Source: Felis catus
Lineage: Eukaryota
Reading direction: 5' to 3'
DNA: 64,000 bases
Assembly (NCBI RefSeq): GCF_018350175.1
Contig: NC_058369.1
Location: 10,356,001 to 10,420,000 of the forward strand
Below are positions 62,645 through 64,000 of the stretch, one piece after another. Each line of letters opens with the position of its first letter. Position 1 is the stretch's first letter. The notes below the pieces were generated by a model. That model saw only the letters and a list, made by a program, of their open reading frames with translations, did not search any database and was not told the DNA's origin. The translations under genes were made by a program, and so were the position numbers.

Positions 62645-64000
62645 GTACAGGGGCCTGGGGGGTGGGGGTGGTGGGCGCATGGAGATGTTGGGGGAAGTGG
62701 TAGGGGGAAGATGTTCTCCTCTCTATGCCTCAGTTTGCATGTCTGTAAATTGGGGATCATCGTTGTACCCACCCCACACGGATGGAGTGAGATTTAAAAT
62801 CTGCCCGTGTGGAGAACCGATAAAGACGAGTATGGAGCGGACGGTTCAACACAAGCTCTTGTCGTGGCTGCTGCTGTTATTACTATGATGGTGCTCATTG
62901 CACAAGGAAAGGGGAGAAAGAATGGAAGCAACGGGAGGAAAGAAACACAGGACTTGAGAGCCCAGGCTCTCCTCCTGGCGTGAGCTCACCGGGAACTCCC
63001 GACCCCTCAAGGTCATGGTTTCCCGCCTCACTGTTCACAGCAGACCCATGAGGAAGCAGAGCTACTTGGTTTTTTAAATGATCAAATTTGGGCTTAGGGA
63101 GATTGAGGAACTTGTCCCAAAGTCCCACAATTAGTAATATTATGTGAGTGTTACGATAAAAATGAAGAAAAAGGAAATTATCCCCATTTTTACACTGAGA
63201 AATACTCCTCATGTACCGAAATAGACTTAGATGCATGTTTTTTAAAAACGAAGGAAAATATTCCTAGCATGTTTGAAAAGATAAAAGAAAGAAAAAACTC
63301 TAAAATTTCCCAGTGGTCCGTGTAGTGAACTTATGGGCGATTCCCTTGGTTTTCGTTGTTTTATATTTTCTTTGTCTTCCAAACGTCCGTGTGTCATTTA
63401 ATATTTGGGGGAAAGTGAATTTCATCACGGAAAAAAAAGGTGGTAAGACTCCTGCCCAGCCGCCCTCTCCCGATGCCCTGAGAGGCGCCCCTCGCGGGCC
63501 CCCTGTACGTACGTCTGTGCGCGCGTCTCACGGAGTCTCCGGCCCGGGTGAGCGCGGCCAGGGGGCCTGCGGCTGGTGTGGCTGGACCCCCGCTCCCTTC
63601 TGGGAGCACGTTTGCCGGTTGAGACTTTCTCCTCGTCGTGTCTTCCCCTCCCGCGTGCCTCATTACCACCCGCTGGACCCCACCCCATCCCACGACCCCG
63701 GAGACGGGTGTCCAGCCATCGCCCCCACCTGAGAAGACAGGAGGGCGGTCCCATGGCCCAGACGGGGCCGGGCCTCTTCCCGCCTGCTGTCCCGTCCTGG
63801 GGCTGACGCCCACAGCCTGGGCCCGGGGCCCTAGGAGGAAGTCCTCGAGTTCGGGTAGGAGACTCTGCTCTGGGGGAGACCAGCTGTCTGCCAGACCCCC
63901 ACTCAGCACGAGGTCATGAGCCCTTGCAGGCTCTGAAAGTCTCTGGTCCGATGGGAGTGTCCGGGACCCAACGTTCTGTCCCTGCCCTTTGATTCACCTG

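Overview
Mammalian (felid) genomic DNA, judged from dozens of cat-type tRNA-derived Can-SINEs (SINEC_Fc), carnivore L1 and MaLR/ERV relics. The window is the ADGRE3-ZNF333-ADGRE2 locus. It contains: (1) the first three coding exons of the adhesion GPCR ADGRE3/EMR3 on the minus strand (11364->2962, continuing off the left edge); (2) a complete double-KRAB C2H2 zinc-finger gene, ZNF333, on the plus strand (CpG-island promoter ~21.3-22.0 kb; ten intact coding exons 24595-43960 giving 632 aa with 10 fingers); (3) a decayed class I ERV internal region with no recognisable LTRs (~48.9-56.6 kb, minus); (4) the first three coding exons of an ADGRE2/EMR2-like gene on the plus strand (58372-62644, continuing off the right edge). 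Gene identities rest on my own exon translation compared with protein sequences recalled from memory; no database search was run. Most notable observations: fossil zinc fingers in a ZNF333 intron suggesting fusion of two tandem KRAB-ZNF genes; a broken first KRAB-B exon (possible poison exon); a decayed ADGRE exon2-intron-exon3 copy just upstream of the ADGRE2-like promoter; and a recent 280-bp duplication upstream of ADGRE3. Almost all ORFs in the supplied track are repeat artefacts. I found no RNA gene, CRISPR array or clearly novel multi-gene system.
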